The notes beneath the pieces were generated by a model. It worked only from the letters and a program-made list of their open reading frames with translations. It did no database searches and had not been told where the DNA came from. Of a DNA stretch of 64,000 bases, positions 55,240-64,000 are shown one piece after another; positions within the stretch are counted from its first letter, which is position 1; each line of letters begins with the position of its first letter. The DNA lies in the NCBI GenBank assembly GCA_030694465.1, contig JAUXYJ010000103.1, positions 91,057-155,056 of the forward strand, in the 5' to 3' direction. This DNA is from Deltaproteobacteria bacterium. Lineage in GTDB: Bacteria > Myxococcota_A > Polyangia > Polyangiales > Ga0077539. The translations under genes were made by a program, and so were the position numbers.

Positions 55240-57102
55240 TCACCTGCGGGGCGTGAGATAGCGATTGAACAAATGAAACTCGATCTCGTTCGTCGCGCCG
55301 GGGTCGACCATTTGCATCCCCGAAAACACACGGCGAACGCACGCGACCAGCGCAGGCCGCGCGCGCGTGGTGTCTCCGCGCGGGGTCACAGTCTCGACGG
55401 CTCCCTGGCCATTGAGCGAGAGCTCAAAGTCCATGCCCCAGCCCTGCTCGTTGCCCTCTCCGTCGCCTGGGCGCACTTGGCTCGCACAGCGACTCAGCGC
55501 GGGCAGCGCGGGCTGCAGATTCGCGCGCGCATCGGTCCCCGTGCGGTTTGGAAACCGCCCCCCCGAGTACGTCGTGCGCACCGCGCCAAGCCCCGCAGCG
55601 CCTCGCGCACGCAGTGTGCCGAGGCCGCTCTCGGGGCGGTCGTCCGAGCCTACGCGACTACGCGCTGTGCGAGCGATGCGAGCCAACGCGGCGGAGGTGC
55701 GCGCGCGCACGTCGGTGACTTCGGGAGGCTCTTCGGGCGCGGTGGGCGAGGCGTTCTGGGGCGGAGCACTAGGAGATTCGTGATTCGTTTGAGCAACTTG
55801 CGTAGGTGTCTCGGCAGGCGCCATAGGCGGCTCGGGCACGTCGAGAGTCTGCGCCACAGGAGCCGAAGCGTCTTGGCTCACAGCCGGCGTGTAGGTGCTC
55901 GTGACGTGTAGACTGCGTGTCCCGGCGACGTCGCCGGTTGTGGTCACCTCGAGCGAACGCGAGCCTCCCCGGAGCCCAAACCCGAGCGCTACGCCCGCGA
56001 GCGAGAGCACGCCCGCCGCAGCCCAAGGGAGCCACTTGCGCGGGGTCGTTGTCGCTGTCGTGGGCGCGCTGCCCGGCGGCGCGGCGGTCACGGTGGGGCT
56101 CACGGCGCGGGGCCCAAAGGGGTCGTTGGGGGGAGTGCTTCGCGGCGCGGGTGTCACCAGCAGACCGGTCGCAGCCATGGTGTGAGCGAGGGCGATGTCG
56201 CCGCGAGGAGCGCTGCTGAGCGTGGTGGCCGAGACGCTGCGCACGACGAAAGGCTCAAGCGCTTTCATTAGCGAATCTGCAGTGTCAAAGCGTACAGAGA
56301 GGTCTCTGGCCATCGCGCGTTCGATCACAGCGGCGAAGCCTTGAGGGAGATCTGCGCGCAGGGACGCGAGCGGCTCGGGGGTCTCTTCGAGGATGGCAAA
56401 CAGCAGCGCGTGATAGTTGGTCGCGCGAAAAGGCAGCTGTCCCGTGAGCATCTCATAGAGCATCACGCCGACCGAGTACACATCGGTGCGCGCGTCCACG
56501 GCGCGACCACGGGCCTGCTCGGGAGACATGTACGCGGGCGTGCCGAGCACGGCGCCAGTGCTCGTGAGCTTTGCGTGTGCGCCGCTCTCGGTAAACCGCG
56601 CGATGCCAAAGTCCAACACTTTGACCACGTCGTAGACACCCGAGACCTGGGTCAAGAACACGTTGTCGGGCTTGATGTCACGATGAACAATCCCTGCATG
56701 ATGCGCGGCGCGCAGCGCTGCGAGCACCTGCGAGGCGATCCAAGCTGCGCGTTCGGGCGACAGGGGGCCATTGCAGTCGAGCTCGTGCGCGAGCGACCCG
56801 CCCTCAAGCAGCTCCATCACCAAGAACACGCCCTCGGGGCCCGCACCGAAGTCGGTCACCGCGATGATATTGGCGTGACCGAGCGAAGCCGCTGACTGCG
56901 CTTCACGCTGAAATCTCGCTACGATTTCTGGGTTCTCAGCGTAGGCAGGGAGCAAGACCTTGACGGCGACTCGCCGCCCGAGTCCCTCTTGAATGGCCTC
57001 GTAGACCGCGCCCATTCCGCCCTCACCGAGCTTGCGCACCACGCGATATTTCTGCCCAATGAGCTGTCCAGTCAGTGCGTCTTTGTCGGTCATTTGGCTC
57101 AC
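55240..57102 (-). CDS. Ser/Thr protein kinase with TM segment and extracytoplasmic C-terminal domain
   Basis: GEGGMGAVY, VAVK, HRDIKPDNVFL, DFGIAR, SPEQ motifs; TM WLPWAAAGVLSLAGVALGF. Confidence 0.8.
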   Translation of the reverse strand: MSQMTDKDALTGQLIGQKYRVVRKLGEGGMGAVYEAIQEGLGRRVAVKVLLPAYAENPEIVARFQREAQSAASLGHANIIAVTDFGAGPEGVFLVMELLEGGSLAHELDCNGPLSPERAAWIASQVLAALRAAHHAGIVHRDIKPDNVFLTQVSGVYDVVKVLDFGIARFTESGAHAKLTSTGAVLGTPAYMSPEQARGRAVDARTDVYSVGVMLYEMLTGQLPFRATNYHALLFAILEETPEPLASLRADLPQGFAAVIERAMARDLSVRFDTADSLMKALEPFVVRSVSATTLSSAPRGDIALAHTMAATGLLVTPAPRSTPPNDPFGPRAVSPTVTAAPPGSAPTTATTTPRKWLPWAAAGVLSLAGVALGFGLRGGSRSLEVTTTGDVAGTRSLHVTSTYTPAVSQDASAPVAQTLDVPEPPMAPAETPTQVAQTNHESPSAPPQNASPTAPEEPPEVTDVRARTSAALARIARTARSRVGSDDRPESGLGTLRARGAAGLGAVRTTYSGGRFPNRTGTDARANLQPALPALSRCASQVRPGDGEGNEQGWGMDFELSLNGQGAVETVTPRGDTTRARPALVACVRRVFSGMQMVDPGATNEIEFHLFNRYLTPRR

Positions 57103-57134
57103 AGAACTCTACGCTCTTGCTGAAGGAGGGGTCG

Positions 57135-57938
57135 TCAAGGCAACGCGTCGCTGCAGCAACGAAAGCCTGCCTCGTAGCTTCGAAACGTCGCCGGATGCGC
57201 GGGGTTTACAAAGCTACAGCTTGGCGGCGTGGACCCAAAGCATCCGGCCCAATAGCACCCCTTCATCACGTGGCTGTAGTTTGTGCTGTTTGGGATCGTA
57301 CGGACGACCCACTCGGCGACGTTGCCGGTGAGGTCATGCGCGCCCTCGGGCGAGACACAGCCCTCTCGCAGACCGCTGGGATCTGCCTGATAGAGTCGCT
57401 CTGCTTCGAGCATCGCCGCGGCGCTTGGGTACGTCCCTAGGGCGCTCCACGAGGGCGACCTCCACGTGCGGTCATCGGTGCATCGACCACGGACGTAGCG
57501 CTCGCCATAGGGATAGTTTTGCGCAGTAGGTCCACGGCACGCGCGCGTCCACTCGACGTCGGTGCACATCCGTTTGCCCCGCGCAGAGCACCAGCGCTCG
57601 CCCTCGATGGCCGTGCGAAAAGCCAAAGGAAACGCGCCACGCACGTTGGGCGCTTCGTAGCGATCTACGCAAAACGTCTGCACATGCACCATGTCATCGG
57701 GACACGCGAGGCGCACATCCGAGCTCACGACCGTGCCGTCGGTGGCGTCGACTGCGGAGTGATCGGTGCTGGCATCTTGCGCTAGAATATCCTGCGATTC
57801 TTCAGGTGAATCACGGAGCACAAGAGTGTAGTCGTCGAGCGCATCGGGGCGCTCTGAGGGCGTCGTCGCGCAGGCCCCTGCGAGCACACAGATCATGCAC
57901 ACGAGGCGTGACATCAGCGCGCGCGGCGATACGACCAT
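57135..57938 (-). CDS. FGE-sulfatase (formylglycine-generating-enzyme-like) domain lipoprotein
   Basis: Lipobox VLAGC; RGGSW-type core with HDLTGNVAEWV and GFRCC motifs; 32 nt upstream of the kinase on the same strand. Confidence 0.7.
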   Translation of the reverse strand: MVVSPRALMSRLVCMICVLAGACATTPSERPDALDDYTLVLRDSPEESQDILAQDASTDHSAVDATDGTVVSSDVRLACPDDMVHVQTFCVDRYEAPNVRGAFPLAFRTAIEGERWCSARGKRMCTDVEWTRACRGPTAQNYPYGERYVRGRCTDDRTWRSPSWSALGTYPSAAAMLEAERLYQADPSGLREGCVSPEGAHDLTGNVAEWVVRTIPNSTNYSHVMKGCYWAGCFGSTPPSCSFVNPAHPATFRSYEAGFRCCSDALP

Positions 57939-58008
57939 GGCGTGGACTCAAGAGCATACGTTGTTGTCAGGCGACCGTCTGTGCTCAGAGAGTGCTACAC
58001 CGTGGCGG

Positions 58009-59163
58009 GTGAAGACCAAGCTCGCGTTCTGTGTGCTCGCGGTCACAATGATCAGCGAAAATCCAGGAACAATCGCCGCACAAGCGAGCCCCTCGGGGCG
58101 CTCATTGCGTGCGCCACGGGGACGCTCTCCGATGGGTGAGACGTTCGCGCGAGGGGTCGCGTACGCGCATGACTGGAGCATGCGAGGTCGTCAGGGATAC
58201 GGCACCGCGGCGGACCGCGCGACGCTCACACAGGTTCGCACAAGCGGAGCCAACTGGATCTCGGTGATGCCCTATGCGGTCTTGCCTCACGCGCAGGCGA
58301 CGACCTTCGTAGGGGGGTGGGCGATGCCCGGCGGAGAGCGAGACGCGCTGCTAGAACGCACGATCCGCGACGCACACCAGCGTGGTCTTCGCGTGATGCT
58401 CAAGCCACACGTCTGGGTCCCGCGATCGTGGCCAGGAGAGCTCGGTCGCACAGGACCGATCGCAGTGCAGCAGGCCATCGCGTGGCGAGCCGTCGTCGAG
58501 CACTACGCGGACCTCGCGGCGCGCACACACTGCGAGGCGTTTGCGATGGGGACCGAAATGGACGGCATCGCGGCGAATGCTCAGAGCGAGTTTCGCGCGA
58601 TGATCGCTGCGGTTCGTGCACGCTACACAGGCACGCTCACCTACTGCGCAAACTGGAACAGCTATCACCGTGTCGCGTTCTGGGATGCCCTCGATGTGAT
58701 GAGCATCCAGGACTACGCCCCCCGCGCACAGGGGGCAGTCACCGCCGAGGCGCTCGACGCCCTCGAGGCTCAGACCTCGCGAGTGCTGAGCGAGTACGCA
58801 CGCGCGGCGAGCGCGGCGAGCAAGCCACTGTGGCTGACCGAGGTGGGATTTCGCTGTGATTCTGACGCACTTGCGCACCCTTGGCGCTGGCCTCAGCGCG
58901 AGGACCGATGCGCGGATTGCGGTGTTCAGTCACGCGCCCTCGAGGCGACCTTGCGCGTCGCGGCACGCACGCCCGGCATCCGTGGAGTCTTCTTGTGGAA
59001 GTGGTTCTCGTCCGGCGGAAGCGAAGACGAAGGCGCGTGTGGATTTGCACTCAACGCACCCGAAACGCAGCAGACCATCGCGCAGTGGTTTGGAGGTCGC
59101 GTCACACCGACCCCACCGACCCCAGCGACTCTCTCGCCCCCCTCGCTCGCGCGCGATTTTTAA
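58009..59163 (+). CDS. Secreted TIM-barrel glycoside-hydrolase-like protein (GH5-clan / GH113-like)
   Basis: GTG start gives signal peptide VKTKLAFCVLAVTMI...AQA; candidate acid/base and nucleophile glutamates in GTEMD and LTEVGF. Family assignment is tentative. Confidence 0.35.
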   Translation: MKTKLAFCVLAVTMISENPGTIAAQASPSGRSLRAPRGRSPMGETFARGVAYAHDWSMRGRQGYGTAADRATLTQVRTSGANWISVMPYAVLPHAQATTFVGGWAMPGGERDALLERTIRDAHQRGLRVMLKPHVWVPRSWPGELGRTGPIAVQQAIAWRAVVEHYADLAARTHCEAFAMGTEMDGIAANAQSEFRAMIAAVRARYTGTLTYCANWNSYHRVAFWDALDVMSIQDYAPRAQGAVTAEALDALEAQTSRVLSEYARAASAASKPLWLTEVGFRCDSDALAHPWRWPQREDRCADCGVQSRALEATLRVAARTPGIRGVFLWKWFSSGGSEDEGACGFALNAPETQQTIAQWFGGRVTPTPPTPATLSPPSLARDF

Positions 59164-59185
59164 CTGCGCGAGGGTGTGATGTCGC

Positions 59186-62100
59186 TCAGTTGCTGTGCGT
59201 ACCAGCGCACGAGATCAACCACTCAGCGATTGGACCCAGAGGGACCAGCTGATTTTGGTACTCGGCTTGGATGTACCAGCGGCTTCGAAGCGGCGAATAG
59301 ATCAGCGAACCCGAGTCGCCGAGGCCCGTGTAGCCACCGGCCATTCCCGTAAACGAGGCGATCACGGACGGCGTCCCTGTGATGGGCTGGCGCACAATCG
59401 CGGTGGGCGATTGGATGTAGACCAAGTTGGTCTGTGTGCCTTGCGTCTCAGCGACTCCGTACGCTGCCCACGACTCGTTGTTGCTGTGTGTCGGCGCAGC
59501 AAAAGCGCCAAGATCGCTGACGCGGCCTGTGCTGATCTCGATGCTGTAGAGCCGGCTGTTGGTGAACAGCACGAGCCGCCCCCAGCCGTTGAAGATCATG
59601 TTCGCGTTCGAGCCTGAGTTGGTCGTGACCGTGATGGGCGGAGAGAGCATCACGCCTGCACCTGTGGGCTGCAGGTTGAACTCGTTGAGCGGGCGGATCT
59701 GGTTGACCACCGTGGCCGCGGACGAGTAGCTCACGACAGGCAATCCATTCGCAAAAAGCCCATAGAGCGTGCTTGTTCGAAGATCGGTAAACAGGTGGTC
59801 TCCGTAGGTCCCAGCCTGCGTCGCGCTCGCCAGCGTCAGGGTCGCGGCCGCTGGGATCAACATCGTTGCCGAGTCTCCGTTGAGCACAACCCGCGAGTAG
59901 TGAAGACCCATGCCGCCACGGTCGTCGCCGGTGACCGTGTTGACCTCGATGTTGTTGCAGCCCACCGCGCTCAGCGAGGTGATGCGATAGTTTCCGGCGG
60001 CCGAGTCAAAGGTCATCGGGCAGCTCGTGAGCGACTCGTCGCCGCTCCCAAACTGGCTAGTGCCTTCGAAGTGCACAAACCATCGCCCGAGCGACGGAGA
60101 AACCACGAAGCTCGCGGCGTCCGAGAGGTTCGTAAACGCAGCCACGGTCAAGATCGCACCATCGGTCACGCGCAGTCGGCTGATGGTCGTACTGCTCGCG
60201 ACGTAGACAAGCTGCAGCGCGCCTGCGTCAATCTCGGCGACGCCCCACGTCGCCCAGTTTTCAGTGTAGCTGCGCGTGGGCTGCGGGCGTGTGCCGCGGT
60301 TTACGACGTTGCCCGAGGGCAACAAGATCTCGGTGATCTGTGTGCCGCTGTGGATCACGACGCGTCCGCTGCCGTTGTAGATGGCGTTTTGCGTGGTGCC
60401 CATCGCGCCGACGATGGCAATGGGCGCCGAGAGCATGATGGGGTTCGAGGGGTTCCAGGCGCCGTCATAATCGAGGCGAAAGAGCCGATCGACGCTGACG
60501 TTCTGGTAGGGCTGCAGCGGGCCTGTCGCGGTACCAAGCACATAGCTCTGCCCCGCACCCAAGTCCGAGACCAGACCATCATGGACGCTCGCGACACGCG
60601 CGCTGGGTGTGATTGTGCTGTTGGGTGTTCGAGTCGCGCTCGCGTCTCCCATCACGAAGACGTTGCTTGCGCTCAGCGCGATCCCGCCTCGTTGGTCGCC
60701 CCCTGAGATCTCAATGTTCGAGCTCAGACAGGCGCTCGTAGAGAGAGATCCGATTGCAAAATTGCTGAGACAAGCCCCCAACTGACAGCTCTCTCCGGGG
60801 GCACACGTGCGGCCACACGCGCCACAGTTCGCCGCGCTCGTGTTGATGTCTACGCACACGGCGCCGCAACGGATTTGCCCACCCGAACATGCACTCATGC
60901 ACGTCCCCGAGATGCACGATTGTCCCGCTGCACACGCGTTGCCGCATGCACCACAGTGCACGAGATCTGACTGCAAATTTGCACATCGACCAGGAGCAGG
61001 GCCGCAAAATGTCGACGGCGCTCCGCACGTCGGTGAGCACGTCGCTGCCACACACGAGACCGCGCCACCAAGGGGCGGCGAGCAGCTCGCGCCACACGCA
61101 CCGCAGTGCGCGATCGACGCAGAGAGGTTGGTCTCACAGCCATTGGCGGCGTTGCCGTCACAGTCTCCGAAGCCCGCGTTGCACCGAAGAACACACGACC
61201 CCGCGCTGCACGTTGGGCTCTGGTTTGGGCCCGCCACACACGCCCGCCCGCACGCGCCACAGTGGCTCAAATTGCTGGCGATCGAGGTCTCACAGCCGTT
61301 GGCCGCGTTGCCGTCACAGTTGCCAAAATTGGCGTTGCACGCGATCGTACAGCTCGAAGCGGCACACGCCGCAGAAGCGTTGGGAGCGCTCGCACAAGTG
61401 CGCCCACACGCACCACAGTGGGTAGGCGTGTTGGTGGTGTTTACGCAGGTGCCACTGCAGTTCACCGTGGGCGCGGTGCAGGTCGTCGTGCACATCCCCA
61501 TGCTGCACATCTGGCCGGCGGGGCAGGCGTTGTCACACATGCCACAGTGGCGGCTGTCGGACTGCGGATTGACGCACGAACCACTGCAAAATTGCTGCGA
61601 TGCAGCGCAAATCGACTCACACATTCCGCCGGTACAGCGCTGTCCGGCTGCACAGGCAGAACCACAGCGCCCACAGTTAGCGCTGTCGGTCGCGAGTGAG
61701 ACACACATGTCACTGCACACCGATTGTCCCGCAGGACAGTCGGGCACACAGGAGCTCATTTCACATCGCTCGCGCGTGCCGCACGCGATGCCACAGCCAC
61801 CACAGTTCATTCGGTCCGAAGTGCTGTCGGTACACGCCCCCGCGCATCGACGTTGTCCCGCCGTACAGGGCGAGACGCACGCTCCCTCTTCGCAGATTTG
61901 CCCCAGCGTACAGCGCTGATCGCACCCTCCACAGTGCAGCACGTTGCTGCTCTGATCGATGCAGGCCTCGCCACAAGCGCGCAACCCAATGGGGCAGTCA
62001 ATGCTCGCCTCCATGGCCACGTCTTCCATCGAAGCGTCTGGGCCAGAGTCTACCGAGACGACGTCCGAGACATCGGGCGGCACGTCCGCGTCGGGCAGAA

Positions 62101-62248
62101 CGTCAGGGCTCGTCGCACGATCTGCGACGGCGTCCGAGCGCAATACGTCCGTGGGCGGTGGTGGCGAGGTACACGCAGTGGTCGCGAGCGTCGCCGCAAG
62201 CGTAGCCACCGCGCTCAGGGGAGTGAGCGAAGGCCGACAATACTTCAT
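59186..62248 (-). CDS. Giant Cys-rich repeat lipoprotein (about 12 x HCGxCGxxC repeats) with tandemly duplicated C-terminal domain
   Basis: Lipobox LATTAC; 38-aa repeats with HCGGCG / GFGDCDGNAANGCE signatures related to 45742..47150; C-terminal 530 aa are an internal two-fold repeat. Confidence 0.6.
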   Translation of the reverse strand: MKYCRPSLTPLSAVATLAATLATTACTSPPPPTDVLRSDAVADRATSPDVLPDADVPPDVSDVVSVDSGPDASMEDVAMEASIDCPIGLRACGEACIDQSSNVLHCGGCDQRCTLGQICEEGACVSPCTAGQRRCAGACTDSTSDRMNCGGCGIACGTRERCEMSSCVPDCPAGQSVCSDMCVSLATDSANCGRCGSACAAGQRCTGGMCESICAASQQFCSGSCVNPQSDSRHCGMCDNACPAGQMCSMGMCTTTCTAPTVNCSGTCVNTTNTPTHCGACGRTCASAPNASAACAASSCTIACNANFGNCDGNAANGCETSIASNLSHCGACGRACVAGPNQSPTCSAGSCVLRCNAGFGDCDGNAANGCETNLSASIAHCGACGASCSPPLGGAVSCVAATCSPTCGAPSTFCGPAPGRCANLQSDLVHCGACGNACAAGQSCISGTCMSACSGGQIRCGAVCVDINTSAANCGACGRTCAPGESCQLGACLSNFAIGSLSTSACLSSNIEISGGDQRGGIALSASNVFVMGDASATRTPNSTITPSARVASVHDGLVSDLGAGQSYVLGTATGPLQPYQNVSVDRLFRLDYDGAWNPSNPIMLSAPIAIVGAMGTTQNAIYNGSGRVVIHSGTQITEILLPSGNVVNRGTRPQPTRSYTENWATWGVAEIDAGALQLVYVASSTTISRLRVTDGAILTVAAFTNLSDAASFVVSPSLGRWFVHFEGTSQFGSGDESLTSCPMTFDSAAGNYRITSLSAVGCNNIEVNTVTGDDRGGMGLHYSRVVLNGDSATMLIPAAATLTLASATQAGTYGDHLFTDLRTSTLYGLFANGLPVVSYSSAATVVNQIRPLNEFNLQPTGAGVMLSPPITVTTNSGSNANMIFNGWGRLVLFTNSRLYSIEISTGRVSDLGAFAAPTHSNNESWAAYGVAETQGTQTNLVYIQSPTAIVRQPITGTPSVIASFTGMAGGYTGLGDSGSLIYSPLRSRWYIQAEYQNQLVPLGPIAEWLISCAGTHSN

Positions 62249-62321
62249 AGCCCACGAGTATGTACCGAGACCGCTAAGATCCCACGCTGTTGTGCGTGAT
62301 TCGCTTCACAATTTGCAGCGC

Positions 62322-62975
62322 CTACGTGTGTGTGCTGTCCCCAGAAGGGGGCACCGATTCGGGCAGCGTGGGCGAAAACAGAGGGCCTGGGATGGTCAAA
62401 ATGGTTCGACCTGCGGCCGTGTTGAGAAGAATCGCGAACGCGAGATAGAGCGCGATGAGCCCAAGCAAGACCGTCGCCAGCGCGATGGGCATGGCGAACG
62501 CGGCAGAGTGTGTGAGCTCTTTTGCGATGCGACAGCCAAAGAGCACGTCGATGTCGAGCAAGAACGCAAACAAGAGCTTGGAGTAAAATCCAAACGCGAA
62601 CGTGAGCACGACGAAAATCACCGCGAAGCAGAGGTCAATGCTGAGGGCGACCGTGGGATCGGGCAGACGTCCCTCCGAGAGCCCCGAGAGGACGTGCCAG
62701 TTGATCACCCAGTTGAACGCGAAGGTGGTGAAGAGCGTTCCGCCCAAGAGGTTCTTGTTGACCAGGGCCATCATGCCGGCCAAAAACTGACATCCGCCAC
62801 CAAAGAGCAGGCAATACATCGCCGCCGTGCGAAACGCCGCGGGGGTCAACGCTTGGCCAAACGCGATGGGGAGCAGCGCTGCACAGCCCACCGCGAGGCC
62901 CAAGAGCCCAAGCGGTGTGGGCTCTGCAAAGACAGGGACAGGAGGCGAGGCGGCGGAGGGTTGGCTCGATTGCAT
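62322..62975 (-). CDS. GPR1/FUN34/YaaH (SatP) family acetate/succinate channel
   Basis: NPTPLGLLGLAVG...FGG..Q...G signature; six TM helices; start set at Met MQSSQP. Confidence 0.65.
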   Translation of the reverse strand: MQSSQPSAASPPVPVFAEPTPLGLLGLAVGCAALLPIAFGQALTPAAFRTAAMYCLLFGGGCQFLAGMMALVNKNLLGGTLFTTFAFNWVINWHVLSGLSEGRLPDPTVALSIDLCFAVIFVVLTFAFGFYSKLLFAFLLDIDVLFGCRIAKELTHSAAFAMPIALATVLLGLIALYLAFAILLNTAAGRTILTIPGPLFSPTLPESVPPSGDSTHT

Positions 62976-63140
62976 GGTGCGAGCGGTGTACCTCACGCGT
63001 CGAAGCTCGTAGAAGAGTTTGGTCACAGGTTTGTACGAAGCGGCTAGGACCCCAAGCAGGCCGATCGCTGAGCCTCGACCTCGCTGAAAGAGGGCATGCA
63101 GCTCTCTCCCACGCTCAGCACACGAAAGTGAGAATATGTT

Positions 63141-63329
63141 ATGAAAAACTGGATGACCGCGCGTTGGCTTCGTATCGCTGTAGTGAGCGCGGCTGGGATG
63201 CTTGTTGGCGGCGGGAGCCTCGCGACCTATCGCTACGTCACGGCTGCAGACGACTGCTGCCAAGAGGGCGCCCCCTGCTGCTACCCAGGTTCGCCCTGCT
63301 GCGCACGCAACCGAGCCCACCGAAGCTGA
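63141..63329 (+). CDS. Small membrane-anchored peptide with three CC pairs (DDCCQEGAPCCYPGSPCC)
   Basis: ATG preceded by an AT-rich region and GAAAGTGAG. Hydrophobic segment IAVVSAAGMLVGGG. Ends 10 nt before the ECF sigma start. Confidence 0.4.
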   Translation: MKNWMTARWLRIAVVSAAGMLVGGGSLATYRYVTAADDCCQEGAPCCYPGSPCCARNRAHRS

Positions 63330-63339
63330 GCGCGGATTG

Positions 63340-63894
63340 ATGGTGGAGCGAGCGCCGAACGAAGCAGAACTCGACGCGCTCATGGCGCGGCTGTCCAATG
63401 GCGATCGCTCAGCGTTTGATCCACTGTTTTCGGCGCTCTATCCACGCGCGCTCCGGGTGGCGCGTCGTCGCGTAGACTCTGCGCGGGCCGAAGACGTCGC
63501 GCAGACCGCGATGCTCAAGGTGTTCGCGCGTGCGGCCGAGTTTGAAGCAGGGCGCCCCGTGCTCCCTTGGTTTTACATGGTGGTCGCCAACGAGGTGCGC
63601 GCGGTCACTCGCGGCGCGATGGTTCGAGCCCAGACAACGCTCGAGCGTGAAGACGGAAGCAGCAGAGATTTGACTGACTCAAACGCAGACCCCGAGACCG
63701 AAGCTACCTGGCGTGAGCTCAGCCGCGCGCTCGAGTCCGCGGTCGCCAATTTGGACGCCACGGCAGCCGAAGCGATCTACGCGGTGCTCGGCCGCGGCGA
63801 GCGCCCCGTGGTCGAGTCACCTGCGTTTAGAAAGCGTGTCTCGCGTGCGTACGCAAAACTTCGGACGGCCTTGGGAGGCGCCTATGGAAACTGA
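63340..63894 (+). CDS. ECF (group IV) sigma-70 factor
   Basis: Region 2 (FDPLFSALYPRALRVARRRV...DVAQTAMLKVF) and region 4 HTH-like C-terminus; 184 aa. Confidence 0.7.
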   Translation: MVERAPNEAELDALMARLSNGDRSAFDPLFSALYPRALRVARRRVDSARAEDVAQTAMLKVFARAAEFEAGRPVLPWFYMVVANEVRAVTRGAMVRAQTTLEREDGSSRDLTDSNADPETEATWRELSRALESAVANLDATAAEAIYAVLGRGERPVVESPAFRKRVSRAYAKLRTALGGAYGN

Positions 63895-64000
63895 ACTGTC
63901 TCTTCGCAAATCGGCTCTGCGCGCGTACGAGCTCGGACGACTCCGGCGCGCTGCACTCAACGCCACGATGCTCGCCTCGCTCGTCGGTGTGATCGCGATG
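63884..64000 (+). CDS. Putative anti-sigma factor (3' truncated by window end)
   Basis: ATG overlaps the sigma stop (ATG...TGA, 11-nt overlap); METELSLRKSALRAYELGRL followed by a hydrophobic stretch. Confidence 0.3.
   Translation, partial: METELSLRKSALRAYELGRLRRAALNATMLASLVGVIAM

Noticed and set aside
55273-56219. Plus-strand ORFs inside the 55240..57102 kinase gene
   Set aside because: Antisense to a kinase with all catalytic subdomains.
60807-62248. ORFs 60807..61919(+), 61959..63047(+) and others antisense to the giant Cys-repeat lipoprotein and SatP
   Set aside because: Antisense translations of Cys codons (GCA/ACA) give His/Ala/Pro-rich pseudo-proteins. The real genes have signal peptides and repeats.

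Overview
This window is high-GC bacterial chromosome (about 70% GC). Its gene content points to Myxococcota. It carries DUF4215-type "CDDGN...GDGCS" cysteine repeats, a fibro-slime/PA14-like domain, Ser/Thr kinases, an FGE-sulfatase-domain protein, Roadblock/LC7 (MglB-like) proteins, and many lipoproteins. About 60 protein-coding genes are supported. I saw no rRNA or tRNA genes, no CRISPR array, and no IS element or prophage.

Recognised genes include cstA, pspA, the rtcR/rtcB RNA-repair pair, rnr, serA, proA, tadA and rseP. Alongside them are a desaturase, two SDR epimerases, a Nif3 protein, a NUDIX hydrolase and an FAD-linked oxidase.

Most notable, most interesting first:
- A photoactive-yellow-protein (PYP) domain gene with intact chromophore-site residues is translationally coupled to a Roadblock/LC7 gene and two unknown genes. 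The second unknown carries another Roadblock-like domain.
- An atypical Hsp70 (1175 aa) separates its ATPase domain from a lidless substrate-binding beta-domain by a roughly 620-aa Pro/Ala/Ser-rich linker. It sits in an operon with an HExxH protein, a J-domain protein and an unknown.
- A tandem duplication encodes two small Cys-rich lipopeptides with a short hypervariable patch.
- A perfect 16-nt palindrome, CCGGCGACGTCGCCGG, occurs at least five times (expected about 0.001 by chance). Two copies sit exactly at convergent gene ends.
- A CC-rich membrane peptide precedes an ECF sigma/anti-sigma pair.
- An ArsS-like radical-SAM gene lies among lipid-modifying enzymes.

Many long antisense ORFs in the six-frame track are GC-bias artefacts and are rejected below.
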